The position numbers were made by a program, and so were the translations under genes. A stretch of DNA of 64,000 nt from contig NW_024037076.1 of NCBI RefSeq assembly GCF_015706575.1, positions 22,733,286 through 22,797,285 on the forward strand, written 5' to 3'. This DNA comes from Patiria miniata (Eukaryota). The notes beneath the pieces are model-generated. The model ran no database searches. It saw only the letters and a list, made by a program, of their open reading frames with translations, and had not been told where the DNA came from. Numbering within the stretch: position 1 is the first letter of the stretch; every line of letters begins with the position of its first letter. Shown here piece after piece: positions 10,501 to 21,264 of the stretch.

Positions 10501-11098
10501 ATCGGTTGGCTGGTTCGAATCTGATGTACATAGCAGCATGGATACAGCATGGTACATCACAATACAACAGACAAAAGCCAGCAGCAAATGCCAGAAATTG
10601 AAAAAGTTAACTTATTAATAACTGTGATCGTATGGCCTTCAATACCAATACCAGTGGCTACAAATCACATACATTAAAAAGAAGAACAGTTGCCGAGTTA
10701 TATCACATTGAAGTCATGCATTTATCCATGCAAGAAAGTGGTAACTGCAAAATGGCCTACCCAATGACCTGAACTGCCTTGGCCAGTGCAGGATCCTTCA
10801 GGATATCATAACTGATTCGAAATTTGCCGTCTGCAGCAACAACTTGAACATGGTGGAGTGATTTCCGATCTAGAGTTGCCCTAAGTAATTTGATATATGA
10901 AGCATTATGCTTCCTTTCATTCCATATCTAAAATTGGGAAAAAAGAAAATTCTTGAGAATCAAAACTTTTAAACATGTTGAAAAACATGAAACACACAAT
11001 TTGAACTCATTTGATGCCTGCCATTTTGAACTATTACTTGGCTGGACAATCAAATTTGGAGGAAGAAAGCTATATAAAAATAATCAATTGAAACTTAC

Positions 11099-11263
11099 CC
11101 CAATATAATCAATGGTCAGATTGTGGTGAGTTTTTGCTCCTTGTATCCATTTGATGATGTAGTCAACAGTGACATCAATATTGACATAGGGACTTTGTTG
11201 GCCATTCCCAATCCAGCCAGGGAAAGCCCAAGGAAGGCCATACAGCTTGATGCTTGGATTGCG
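11099..11263 (-). CDS. GALC: GALC copy A exon 4, encoding [21 protein letters not shown]...NLTIDYIG.
   Basis: The acceptor is ttctgcag and the donor is gtaagt. The sequence matches human [21 protein letters not shown]...DLDIDYIG. Confidence 0.9.
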
Positions 11264-11883
11264 CTGCAGAAAGATGTAACATGAAACAGTAGTAGACTAA
11301 TAAATCACCCAAAAGATTAAAATGCCCTAATAAAAATCCAAGCATGCTAAAATTGATTCCTACAATTCAGTAAGAAAAAGCTGATCAAATGAAAAGAGAG
11401 AAGGTCAATTAACCCAGCTTACAGATTACTGAAGAAAATATAAACCTGAAACAGTAGCCAGTAATATTAGAAACCATTGATGGCAATCCTGGAAGGTTCA
11501 TGAAGAGTTTTCTTTTATAAAAAAAAGTTTATAGTGCACCATTTATCAATCTGACACCATCCGTTTGATTGAATGTGACTGAATCAGGACAAGTGTACAA
11601 CGCCAGGGAATAAGTCAGGCTGTAATTTCCTGAATGATACGATGCTACAATGCAATGAGTCTCATTAAGTCACAGGTGGTTTTGTATTGCTGCTAGGAGC
11701 AAAAAAATATGAAAATGAAGCATGGGGTGAAATCCAGGCTATGGAGTCTGCACTGAGGAAACAGTACCTTTTAGTGTCAGATGGTGTCCAATGTTTACAT
11801 CCATCCAAAACTTCATAAGTGTTCAGCCCCCCCCCCCAAAAAAAAGTGGTGTAAGAGCACCTCAAAACAAGTCTCTCTGTTAC

Positions 11884-12036
11884 CTTTTTAGCCTCCTTCA
11901 TCAGCCACCATTCATATCCTCTCTGATAATTCTCATCGTTAGCTGAATGCATATGAGATGACTCTGTTCCATCAGTGCTTTGTGAGTCTCCACCAATCTC
12001 AACCTTTAAGATGGGAAGTGATGCTCCAAAATTTGG
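11884..12036 (-). CDS. GALC: GALC copy A exon 3, encoding [51 protein letters not shown].
   Basis: The acceptor is ttaacag and the donor is gtaaca. The sequence matches human [51 protein letters not shown]. Confidence 0.9.
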
Positions 12037-12587
12037 CTGTTAACGTGCAGAATCAGAAGTAGTTCATTACTTATGTGCCTGGTTGGAGATAATGTCTGAT
12101 AAGTTTGTTCATATCTGCAGTTGTACCAAGCTGCTTAGTGCAGCCACATAGTTATAAACTAATATTAACATTTTCCTTATTTGGTGAAAATTTCAATTTG
12201 GTAGTTAAAAATAAAACTAGAGGTGGTTGTAACTGAAGATGTTCCCAACATATTTTTAACTGTCTATTGGACAGTACAAAATGATTGAATGATTTGTCCA
12301 AAATGTGTAACCATTGAAAATGAAATTTAATCTTTAATAATTGCAAAACTGGAAGAAAAGGTCACATGACCTTGACATTCCAGGAGGTGGATTCCAAATT
12401 CCAGTCTACTATGTGAAAATGTGTGAAGAAATAGAATAACTTATTGTACTGTTAAGATATGGTGGCCACAAAATTGCCTCATTAAATATTCATGACGTCA
12501 TAACACAAGAACAATAAACTGCACAGTAATAATAATGACAAAAAGACATTTATTCCTTAGAAAAGGTCAATTTTCAGAGCCGTTTAC

Positions 12588-12656
12588 CTTGAAGAGATAA
12601 TCCAGGATCTGATCCAGATACGGCTCAGGATAATTCACCAATAACCTGGATGTAGC
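12588..12656 (-). CDS. GALC: GALC copy A exon 2, encoding [23 protein letters not shown].
   Basis: The acceptor is tttttgtccag and the donor is gtaaac. The sequence matches human [23 protein letters not shown]. Confidence 0.9.
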
Positions 12657-14273
12657 CTGGACAAAAACAAGTTCATCTTCAAGCTTTACTTTAGCTTTGA
12701 TCAAATCAGAGTCAAGGTAGCCGTATTCTATGGCCATGCACTGGACTAAACTCCGTGCTGAAGGCCATACTTCCCTGACAACAAGAAGTTACTGAAAAGA
12801 TGTTCTTTTTTTTCATAGAAATCATTTGGCCTCAAACTCGGCATGCAGGTTCACTTACCCATGCGATTCCATTATTTGCCAAAATGAGGACTTCTCCGTT
12901 GTTCTTTCTGGTGTAATTTGTATCTTACTTTGTGACACGAAGCAGCCGTTCTGTCATCGATCACGCGAACATTAACGATAAGTGTTTTCAGCGCTATGGC
13001 TAGTTCCTGTGCCCGCGTATTCTCAACCGGAGAAGACCTAGACGTACAGGTAAGCTTTAGACAGGAGGTTCGGCTACAACAGTTAAATCACTTTGGTCGG
13101 AGAACTAGACTAATACTACACTCAGCTGCCAGCCATGAACTTCCACTTCGGTTGGCAAATTAATTTTTAATAAGAGGCAAATTTCACCAGAAGGAAATAA
13201 AGGGAAGTCCTAATTTTGGGCAAATATTGAAAGGTCTTTTTTTTCTTCAAACTGCCAATCTTTGGATGGAACGTGCGTAAGACCGAGCCACAGAGTTTAC
13301 TATAGACTACGGCGAGGCAAAAAACATACTGTTATTCGTTGACGAATTTTCAACTATCAGAGATTCTACAACTAATATTTTGTTTCAACAAACATTCGAT
13401 GCAAGAGTTTATACGACTGCAAAGTATGAACAAAATAGGCGAAATCACACAGTCCGAGTGATGTACTGAGGAGAACATTTTCTCCTTTTTCGTGATTTTC
13501 TAACAAGCCGTCCACATGTCAAAGCGCGAGTCCGAAATCTGTCCAAAATTTCTTTTCTTGAGTTTTTATTGAAAAATTCTGGAAAGAATGTTGCAACCTG
13601 ATGGCTGAAGCCACATCAGTGGTTGTGTACAAAGTCTATGGACAGTCAAGACAATTTTCTGATTATTTCCTTAAAACAAAATTGAAAACGTTTCTCAGTC
13701 ACAGATCCATGTCTAATCTTTATGCAATGACTGACCCTCATTGAGATGATACATGAAGAAAAAAGCAGCGTCAGGTTGCAACATTCTTTCCAAAGATCTT
13801 TGTGTATCATTATCAAGAAGCTTACAGTTTCCTTTTCAAAATGCACTCCGTAGAAACAATAGTATTGGAAACCAATTCTAAAAGAGGTCAGTTTGGAAAG
13901 ATTCCTATATCTGGCCATCACTAAAAAATTGTCCCTTTGGCTTTATTTTTAGTTACCTATCTGCCATCATAAAGAGGATCGGCCTATGTCCTAAAAAGTC
14001 AAATTTAATAACAGGAAAAATATTGAATAATGAAGTACTTACTGAGAAAACACATACACAATTTCAGAGCAGTGTCATAGGGTTTGTGCACAGGGTGACA
14101 AGTGATGGCCAGGTATGGGAATATTTCCATACGTTTTTATTTGAAGCGATCTGGAACTTGGAAAAAAATCCAGAACTGTAGGGCCTGGAAAACCACTGTA
14201 CACTGCTACTGCAAATTGCAATTGAATCGTGAAATCGGGGGGGCAAGGAAATCTGCAAATTTAAAGCACTTAC

Positions 14274-14420
14274 TCCTCCACCACTGAGTCCGCCAATTCC
14301 ATCATACCGCCTTCCAAGCCCTGATGCATCACTTATCACGTATTGTGAGGCTACAGAATAGCTACCAATCAACTGCAACACGAATAAAATGTGAAAAACT
14401 TCTGCGATAAAATGCGCCAT
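14274..14420 (-). CDS. GALC: GALC copy A exon 1, carrying the ATG and the signal peptide. It encodes MAHFIAEVFHILFVLQLIGSYSVASQYVISDASGLGRRYDGIGGLSGGG and is followed by a gtaagt donor.
   Basis: The ATG sits at 14418-14420 on the minus strand. The hydrophobic leader and the DGLGR.DGIGG.SGGG motif match the human GALC N-terminus. The exon ends at the same position as human exon 1. Confidence 0.88.
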
Positions 14421-14544
14421 GGTTTGCCTCCTCTCGATCCCAATGTTGAGTGATCTGGTGCCATGAAATTGTTGAACAAGAACTACATACCGTACCACTA
14501 GACGCCAGACATGCCAGGCACCAATTATTTCTCGTCACCTGATG

Positions 14545-14554
14545 ATCACGTGAC
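14545..14554. promoter_or_regulatory. CLEAR-like palindromic E-box aTCACGTGAC (9 of 10 positions match the TFEB/TFE3 CLEAR consensus GTCACGTGAC), about 125 bp upstream of the GALC copy A start codon.
   Basis: The plus strand reads gatgatcacgtgacccaag. GALC encodes a lysosomal hydrolase, and lysosomal genes are typically regulated through CLEAR elements. The motif is absent from the equivalent position upstream of copy B. Confidence 0.4.
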
Positions 14555-14559
14555 CCAAG

Positions 14560-15260
14560 CTTTTGGGGGCCGGGGGGGGGCCGCAGGCAAGGGGGGGGGC
14601 ACAGAAATATTTTTGGGGCAGTCAAAATAATATCTGATTCCCCAAAAAGCTAAGGCACAAGCAGTGCAATGGCACGTTTAAATGAAACAATCACTACAAT
14701 GACACAAATGACTACGGTATTAGTTTGTCATAATGCTACAAAACTAAAATTTCACTATTCTTTCAACTATAATTCTGATTCTGAATTGTAGTACTTTTCT
14801 TGTTAATATGACATGGCACATTTATTTTGAAAAAAAAAAAACTGAACTATTGAAGTGTCCCATAAATGATCACATGTCTACTGGAATTGTGTAAAGAATA
14901 GTGTCAGTTGAAGCACAGTCTACAGGCGTGGATCCAGAGGGGGGCGGGGGGGTCAAAAAAAAAAACCAGCTCTGTCCAAAAAAATTTTTTTCCATACAAT
15001 ATCCTAAAAAATAAGTCGAAAACCCCCCCTGCTGTGACACCCCAAAAAAGTTATACTGGTATAATGTTTGCCTGTTCAAAATACGGTACACCATTCTGTA
15101 ATGTAGTGTTAATAATCATCAAATTTGAACAGCGCCCCCTATTAAAGTATGGTACCAGCCCCCCCCCCCCCCAAGTGTCAGGAGAAAAAAAACCTGTGTA
15201 CATTTTCTGAATTTTTTGCTGATGAAAACCCCCCCCCCCCCCTGCGAAAATTCCTGGATC
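14560..15260. repeat. Low-complexity block rich in long G and C homopolymers (G10 at 14571, G9 at 14586, C16 at 15157, C14 at 15226, plus several G7-8 and C7 runs and A-runs), immediately upstream of the GALC copy A promoter. The segment 14922-15270 is bounded by tGGATCCagagggggg and ctGGATCCgcccctgg.
   Basis: The tracts can be read directly in the sequence. The ORF-track entries 14870..15344 fall inside this block and are artefactual. Confidence 0.6.
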
Positions 15261-18200
15261 CGCCCCTGGTCTAGTCGAACATATCAATGAATTGTGCGCT
15301 TTTTCATAAAAGCATGAAACTTGGCACAAGTGTTTTATATTCATGCAAGAAAATGTTTTAGATGTGGAGCCATCGCAAATTCACACATTTAGGGGCGTGA
15401 CGGCCATTTAAAAAAAGGGGGAGGGGCTTTATCATCATGCCCGCAGTGAAAATGGTTTTTGCCAGCCACTTATCACAAAAAAGCAGGAAACTTCGCAAAG
15501 ACAAAATTATGTAGATCATACGTGTTTTCCAGTTTCACGCTTTATAAAAAAGTGCACAATTTTGTCCACTGGACTAAGAGTAAGGAAAGACTTCAATGGA
15601 TGAAGTTCGTCACATGAAATAATCCAATTTACCAAGTAAACGATTATGTAGGAATCTTGATCACAAAATGCAATATAAACTAAAAATCTTTTCTTGGACA
15701 ACCACAAGAAGGCACACACTAACAAATATTTTGTACTTTTGTTTACAAATTATACCTTTTTATTTGCTTTATTCCCCCATCATTCTACAAAACCAGTGTT
15801 TTGGGAAAATTGCTTAATGTTATACTTTTTCCCTGACATTAGCTGGCTATGCCTAATAGTCATACAATGCACATGTATCTTACTATGGCTAACTACTCTC
15901 CACATTGTGAACCAAAATTCAACCATCAATTTCATTTTGTTTCCCAGGGTTTGTATACAAAATTAAGATATCACCCAGATCCCCATAACATCTATAATTT
16001 GTTTTTATTTGGACTCTATAGTTACTGTATCTCTGGACTAACTCATTTTTGTTTAAACCCAAATATTACATTTTGTACACTCCTCTCCAACTTTTTTTAA
16101 GTTTTGTTTACTTCTACAAACCTACACACTACTTTTGTTTATCATTTATAACTAAATTCTCCCAACCTACCATTCCAAAACACACCCACCCTTAAAATAT
16201 TTCACATTATGTATACATCTTCCTTATTAAATTCTCCCAGTGTGGTTCAACACTGGAATTTATGGACTTTTAACACATTTTTGTAACAATGGACACTGAG
16301 TACAGGTACATTTGTTTCTTACTTTAATAATCCAGCTACATTAACTAAAAACCACACAAAACAACCAATCACATTTCTGATTAGTTTCCTAAAAGGACCA
16401 ATCACATTGCTGATAATATGCACATGTGACCATTCCAAACTTGTTTACCTTTTATGGAAAAATCAGTGCACAATGCTAGAGGGCGCTTCAGTTGCTATGC
16501 CAATATGGAGCAAGTTGCTACGCCAACATGGAGCAAGTAACATCTGCCACCAACAAAATTCATTCCCATAAATTTGATTGGGGTCAATGCACTCCAGTAT
16601 TGTGCAAATATTTCAAGTATTACAATATATAATTACTGTCACATGTTTAATTATTTCACAACTGACTGGCAAACCAGTAAACTCCCAAGACTTCAGGCCA
16701 GCTCTTCCACACAGCTACAAAAACTTTCACAAAGAACGAAATTAAAGTATTTTTATATGAAACAATATCAAATATCCCCTAATATACCCACGTTCACACC
16801 CCCAACCCCACTCACAAGTATCATTCATATCACATGAGAAAAATACACACCATCATCATCCCTGAAGACATTAGGCCCTGCTTTGTTTCTTGGAACAAGC
16901 AAGACAACTCTGACGGTATAAAACTTTCATAGAAAAATTGAAAAGTTTGTTTGTGCATATCATTAAGAAACTAACGATAATCAAACAGAACTGTGGAAGA
17001 GCTGGCCTGACAGAAACTTGAGTTAATCCTCAAATCATTTCACATTAAATGGTAATAAAACCAAGTAGTCTTTGTCCAGGGTAACAAAAAAAATTGGTTT
17101 TTCAAACAACACTGAATTCTTTGTCATTTATTTTACTATTACCCTCGCTGGTCAACATGTAGGAATTTTAACTAACTGGCCAAGCAGGCAATTTAAAGGG
17201 CTCCATTCTCATTAGGCTCCTTGCGGTCAGTACCAATCTCCCATTATTTGCTTTTCCAGATGGTAACCATATAAACATGTACTAAGGAGACTTTTCATAT
17301 TTATCAACTCCATGAAATTCACCCTATTTTTTATTAACGGCAACATATATTAAACATAAAAGCACACAGTCTGACCAAACTAATTATAAATGTACACATG
17401 ATACAGCAGAAAAGTTTTACTTTCATCTCATTTTCCCAGAGAACTCCAGTGTAGAAATAGGTACAGAAAGCAAGAAACTAAATTATGCCAACAGCACCAG
17501 TAGAAAGAATAGAGGATGAATGAAAAGGTCATCCAGAAAAAGAAATCACTTTTCTTTCTTGCTTTTTTACAGCTGATTAAAGCAAAAGGCTATTCACAGA
17601 GCGCAGTGTGGTGAACTTGCTTCAAATTTAGTTTCACAACCATTTTATAAAGAAATAAACATGGTCCCCGTTATTACAAAACATTCCCGTCACAAAAGAC
17701 TATGCATGTTATAAATATCAATTCATGAGTATTAATGACCATATTAACAAGTTTATGTCCTTCACACATTTGCGAACTCACAGATTTTCACTTTAGTCAA
17801 TTTCTTCTTGCAAATTACTGTAACTGATTAAAAAAAAAGCTTTAAAAAAGGAAGCGTGAACAAGGTGATAGTGAAATTTGCAGAACTACTTTATGGAGAC
17901 AGAGAATTAATACTAAACTGCAGCACTTCATGATATGTGTGATTGCCAACTAGGTGACAAATAACATAAAATCACTGAAATCAACTTATCACAGTATATC
18001 TGACTTATCTATGGGTAGTGTTTATATACACTTAAAGACAACGGAAACCAACCAAATCCTTGTCTTTTCACATTGTTTATGTTACAGTTGTTTACTTTAA
18101 ACTTAATGTATGTATCTACTTGACGAGTTTTTTTTTGTTCTTTTCAACGAGGGCATTTCATATCACTTATTTACATTGGGCATTGTAACAAGAATGTCTT

Positions 18201-19635
18201 GAGCTATTAAGCAGTGTCATCATTTCTGTACTTTCACCAAATCTTTACCAGATTGCAACTAAACTTCTCTGCACACTTATTCACAAAAGTTAAATCCAAA
18301 ATGGCACACTCTGTAATCAAACTGCCGACAAGACAAAAATGGCCAGGGAAAAAGGAAGAAAAAAATCCAGATAAAGTACTGCAGACAGAGACTATTTATA
18401 ACCAATTTATGAATTACATTTTACCCTTTTTTTTACTTGTTTTGATTTTTTTTGTGCAGCATCATAATTTTCATAAAATCAAACTGTGGAGTGTTGGTTA
18501 AAAAAAATGAGAAAAAATCAAACAAGGCACTAAATGATGCATTTTATACCCTGAGTGACTTGTGTCCGTCTTGATGCGCAACCCATTGCAACAAATCAAA
18601 GAGATCTCTTGAATTCATGTCGAGATATAATACACAAGTCCAATCTATTACTTTCTTATGAAGTGTTCGTCAAATGTAATCATTACTTTCAATATACAAA
18701 AGTCACAAACCAACTCTTATCAAAGCTGGTGTATATAATCCAGGATTTGAACAAATGACAGAAATATTAGATCAACATCCAAATCTCACAGAATGACATA
18801 ATACGAAGACCATCTAGAGACATTAAACACATACAACACAAAATTCAGGGGTATGCATAACGCTTACAAGCATCTCATAACAAGGTTTATTAAATGCCTA
18901 CATCAGTAACCATTTCTTGTCAAGTCTGAAACACAATAACCAAGCCATTCCTTTCTTCTTGAAAGGATGAGAATATGAACCATTTTTCTTGTTACAATGC
19001 CTTTGAATTTCATCTTGATCAATAATGAACAATGCCGACAGGTTTTGAACAGCAGAGAAATAAAACTAAAGCGTTTCCATTTTCGTCTGGCTGTTTTACT
19101 AAGTTCCATCTTTCTTACTGTGATCCATCTATGTGGCATTCTGGAAATTCCCATCTTATTGTCAATGGATTCTAATTACGCCAAATTATCTTCCTTAGTG
19201 GAATGTCCATGACTCAAAGTAAAGTAAACAGCGAGTCTCTTTATCCCCCAAAGTTGCTTTTATCACAACAGACATTGTCTGAAACCCAGGCAAGTCAACG
19301 ACATCTGTCCATACCCAAAACTTGGCAAATAACCATTTCATTTTATCTAAAACAGTTTGTACACATATAATATATATCAAAATGCAAGGATTTACCCCCT
19401 GCACTACATGTACATTTTACCCACCACCCACATTGACTTAATTTTCTTACTATTTTGTTTAATACTTTACGTTATTTCTTTGTACAATATTCATCACACT
19501 TTCTCTCTCTCGTTACTTGGTGTTATTTTTTACACCATTTGGCAATTTTTAGCCAATTTCTCATAAAGACAGCTGAGCTTCAATGACCAATCATCTGTCG
19601 CCCAATCACGCTAGGCCCGACTTCAGACAAGCCAA

Positions 19636-19795
19636 ACCACCTGACAAGTCATGTGATAAATACTAGACATCACATGGTATCACATGACCGGTTCTAAGGT
19701 TTATAGTCTCATTAATTATCAAACCACCTGACAAGCACATCATGTGATACACATATCACATGATCAGATCTGCTCATCACATGATTGAGGTAAAC
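19636..19795. promoter_or_regulatory. Cluster of E-box and M-box palindromes. It consists of two direct copies of CAAACCACCTGACAAG followed by TCATGTGATA..ATCACATG(A/G) repeats, giving about 8 CACCTG or CATGTG boxes in 160 bp.
   Basis: Boxes observed are accacctg (twice) and tcatgtga, atcacatgg, atcacatga, atcacatgat and tcatcacatga. They lie about 280 bp 3' of the TIA1-like stop codon. Confidence 0.35.
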
Positions 19796-20071
19796 TCAAA
19801 GCGTCCGATTGAAATACAACACGGGTCCAAACCCAACTTAAGGCATTCCATATCCATGAAAATACACATAAACATGATCAACCGCTCCTACAAAACCAGC
19901 CATCTCGTGTTGACATGTACAAAACATGTCTTCCAGCGCTAACATTAGCGCCAACATCGACCAGTCTTCAATATCAAAAGTTCTGTGTCTACTCCTTGAG
20001 TGAGATGAGTGATAGAGGGTGGGGGTAGCCTGCCCTCCACCCGGGGGATAGGGGGTAGGGAGGATATCTCT

Positions 20072-20267
20072 CTATTGAGTTGGGAAGCCAGTATGCATAT
20101 AATTTCCTTGGGTTGAGTTAGGAGTCATGAGTCCTCTACTGGGAGCCATTCCTTGTCCGAGGGCCGAGATTGGTTGAGTTTGCTGGGCGTACTGTGTCTG
20201 TTGAACACCTTGTCCTTGTGGGAATTGACTCTGAACGTATTGCCCTTGCATAACCATACCTGACGCC
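20072..20267 (-). CDS. TIA1: TIA1-like terminal exon encoding (Q)ASGMVMQGQYVQSQFPQGQGVQQTQYAQQTQPISALGQGMAPSRGLMTPNSTQGNYMHTGFPTQ, with the TAG stop at 20072-20074.
   Basis: The acceptor is tcatttacag. The terminus GFPTQ* resembles human SGYRVAGYETQ*. It coincides with ORF track entry 20072..20257. Confidence 0.8.
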
Positions 20268-20399
20268 CTGTAAATGAGAACAAGAAACAGGTCAGATAAT
20301 CACTTGAGGAATCAAACTACCAGATTGAAAAGGAGACACTGGAAAATAAAGACTTGTAAAAGCTATTAACCCTAACCCTCCTCAATCCAACAGGATCCA

Positions 20400-20745
20400 A
20401 CTATTTTACATATATATATCTGTTGGGTCCTGATGGACTGAGCAGTAAACCCCTAGTGTATATTCCTGTTGAAATCTGTTGGACTCAGAAGCCAACTGAA
20501 AACATTCAGAGTCAGATTCTGTTGGGTACTGGAAAATAACGCCAAGTTGGGCTCTGTTGGATCCAGCAGCAAACAGAAAAATAAGCCACAGTTGGATTCT
20601 GTTGGATTGAGCATGCCAGTCAGTTTATATGTTCAGGTACCCAACAACTTGGCAAGTTGGGATGTGTGGGACTGTGTTGGATTGAGCAGGAAACTCATTA
20701 TGAGCGATCGTCATGCTCTGTTGGATTTAGCAGGGTAGTCCTGGG
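20400..20745. repeat. Degenerate tandem repeat of 35-60 bp units built around CTGTTGGAT(T/C)(G/C)AGCAG, with about 7 copies, immediately 3' of the TIA1-like stop codon within the 3' UTR or downstream region.
   Basis: ctgttgggtcctgatggactgagcag, tgttggactcagaagcc, ctgttgggtactgg, ctgttggatccagcagc, ctgttggattgagcatgcc, tgttggattgagcagg and ctgttggatttagcagg recur in series. Confidence 0.55.
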
Positions 20746-21079
20746 GAACTACTAGGGGGTTAGATGAATGAGGTAGAACCACCATCACATGTAGGTTGCA
20801 TCAATTCAAGGGTTGTGATAACCCCCTAGTGCCACCAAGTGTCAACTGGTGTCACACCCCACCCCCCAAAAAAATCCCAATCTCTGGCAGACAGAAACCA
20901 TTTAATAGAGAAATTATTGTACAAGGCTAGCATAATACTTCCGCCATTGAAAGGGCCAATAGAAATGATCGTGTGCCGGGATTGGTCTAGACTGCCCACA
21001 TGATGTGTCACAATTTCCTTACATAAATTGTCTAACAGTAGCAACACCGATCTTGACCAATATCTACTCTATGTCCTTA

Positions 21080-21264
21080 CTGTGGATAGTTGTAGTAGTA
21101 CGTGGCCTGTGTTGATGGCGTCATCTGCAGATATTGTTGCTGTTGTTGACTGGCTTGGAACGGTTGGTTGAAATACTGCACATAGGGTTGGCCAGTCTGC
21201 TGCGTTTGTTGCACTGCCTGCTGCGGGTAGGAGGCAAAGCTCTGATATGCATACTGTTGCTGCT
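21080..21264 (-). CDS. TIA1: TIA1-like Q/Y-rich exon (prion-like low-complexity domain): QQQQYAYQSFASYPQQAVQQTQQTGQPYVQYFNQPFQASQQQQQYLQMTPSTQATYYYNYP(Q).
   Basis: The acceptor is ttgttacacag and the donor is gtaagg. The composition matches the Q-rich C-terminal domain of TIA1. Coordinates from the printed sequence are 1 nt lower than those implied by the supplied ORF track entry 21077..21292, so the true span may be 21081..21265. Confidence 0.7.

Larger units (their letters stand above)
3953..14420 (-). other. GALC: Gene span of the complete galactocerebrosidase (GALC, GH59) copy A. It has 15 coding exons and a CDS of 2001 nt (666 aa), from the ATG at 14420 to the TAG at 3953.
   Basis: The translated exons align motif by motif with human GALC ([88 protein letters not shown] at the C-terminus). 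All junctions are GT..AG with consistent phases. The total CDS length is divisible by 3. Confidence 0.9.

Noticed and set aside
12841-12900. Minus-strand ATGGAATCGCATGG|gtaagt as an alternative GALC first exon.
   Set aside because: Splicing it to exon 2 would shift the reading frame, and exon 1 already provides the ATG and the signal peptide.
14064-14498. The 144-aa ORF taken as one coding unit.
   Set aside because: Only the segment from the ATG at 14420 to the donor at 14274 is coding (GALC exon 1). The remainder reads through intron sequence and the 5' UTR.
14870-15344. ORFs 14870..15094, 14908..15210 and 15051..15344 (proteins rich in G, P and K).
   Set aside because: They are translations of G, C and A homopolymer tracts and are low-complexity artefacts.
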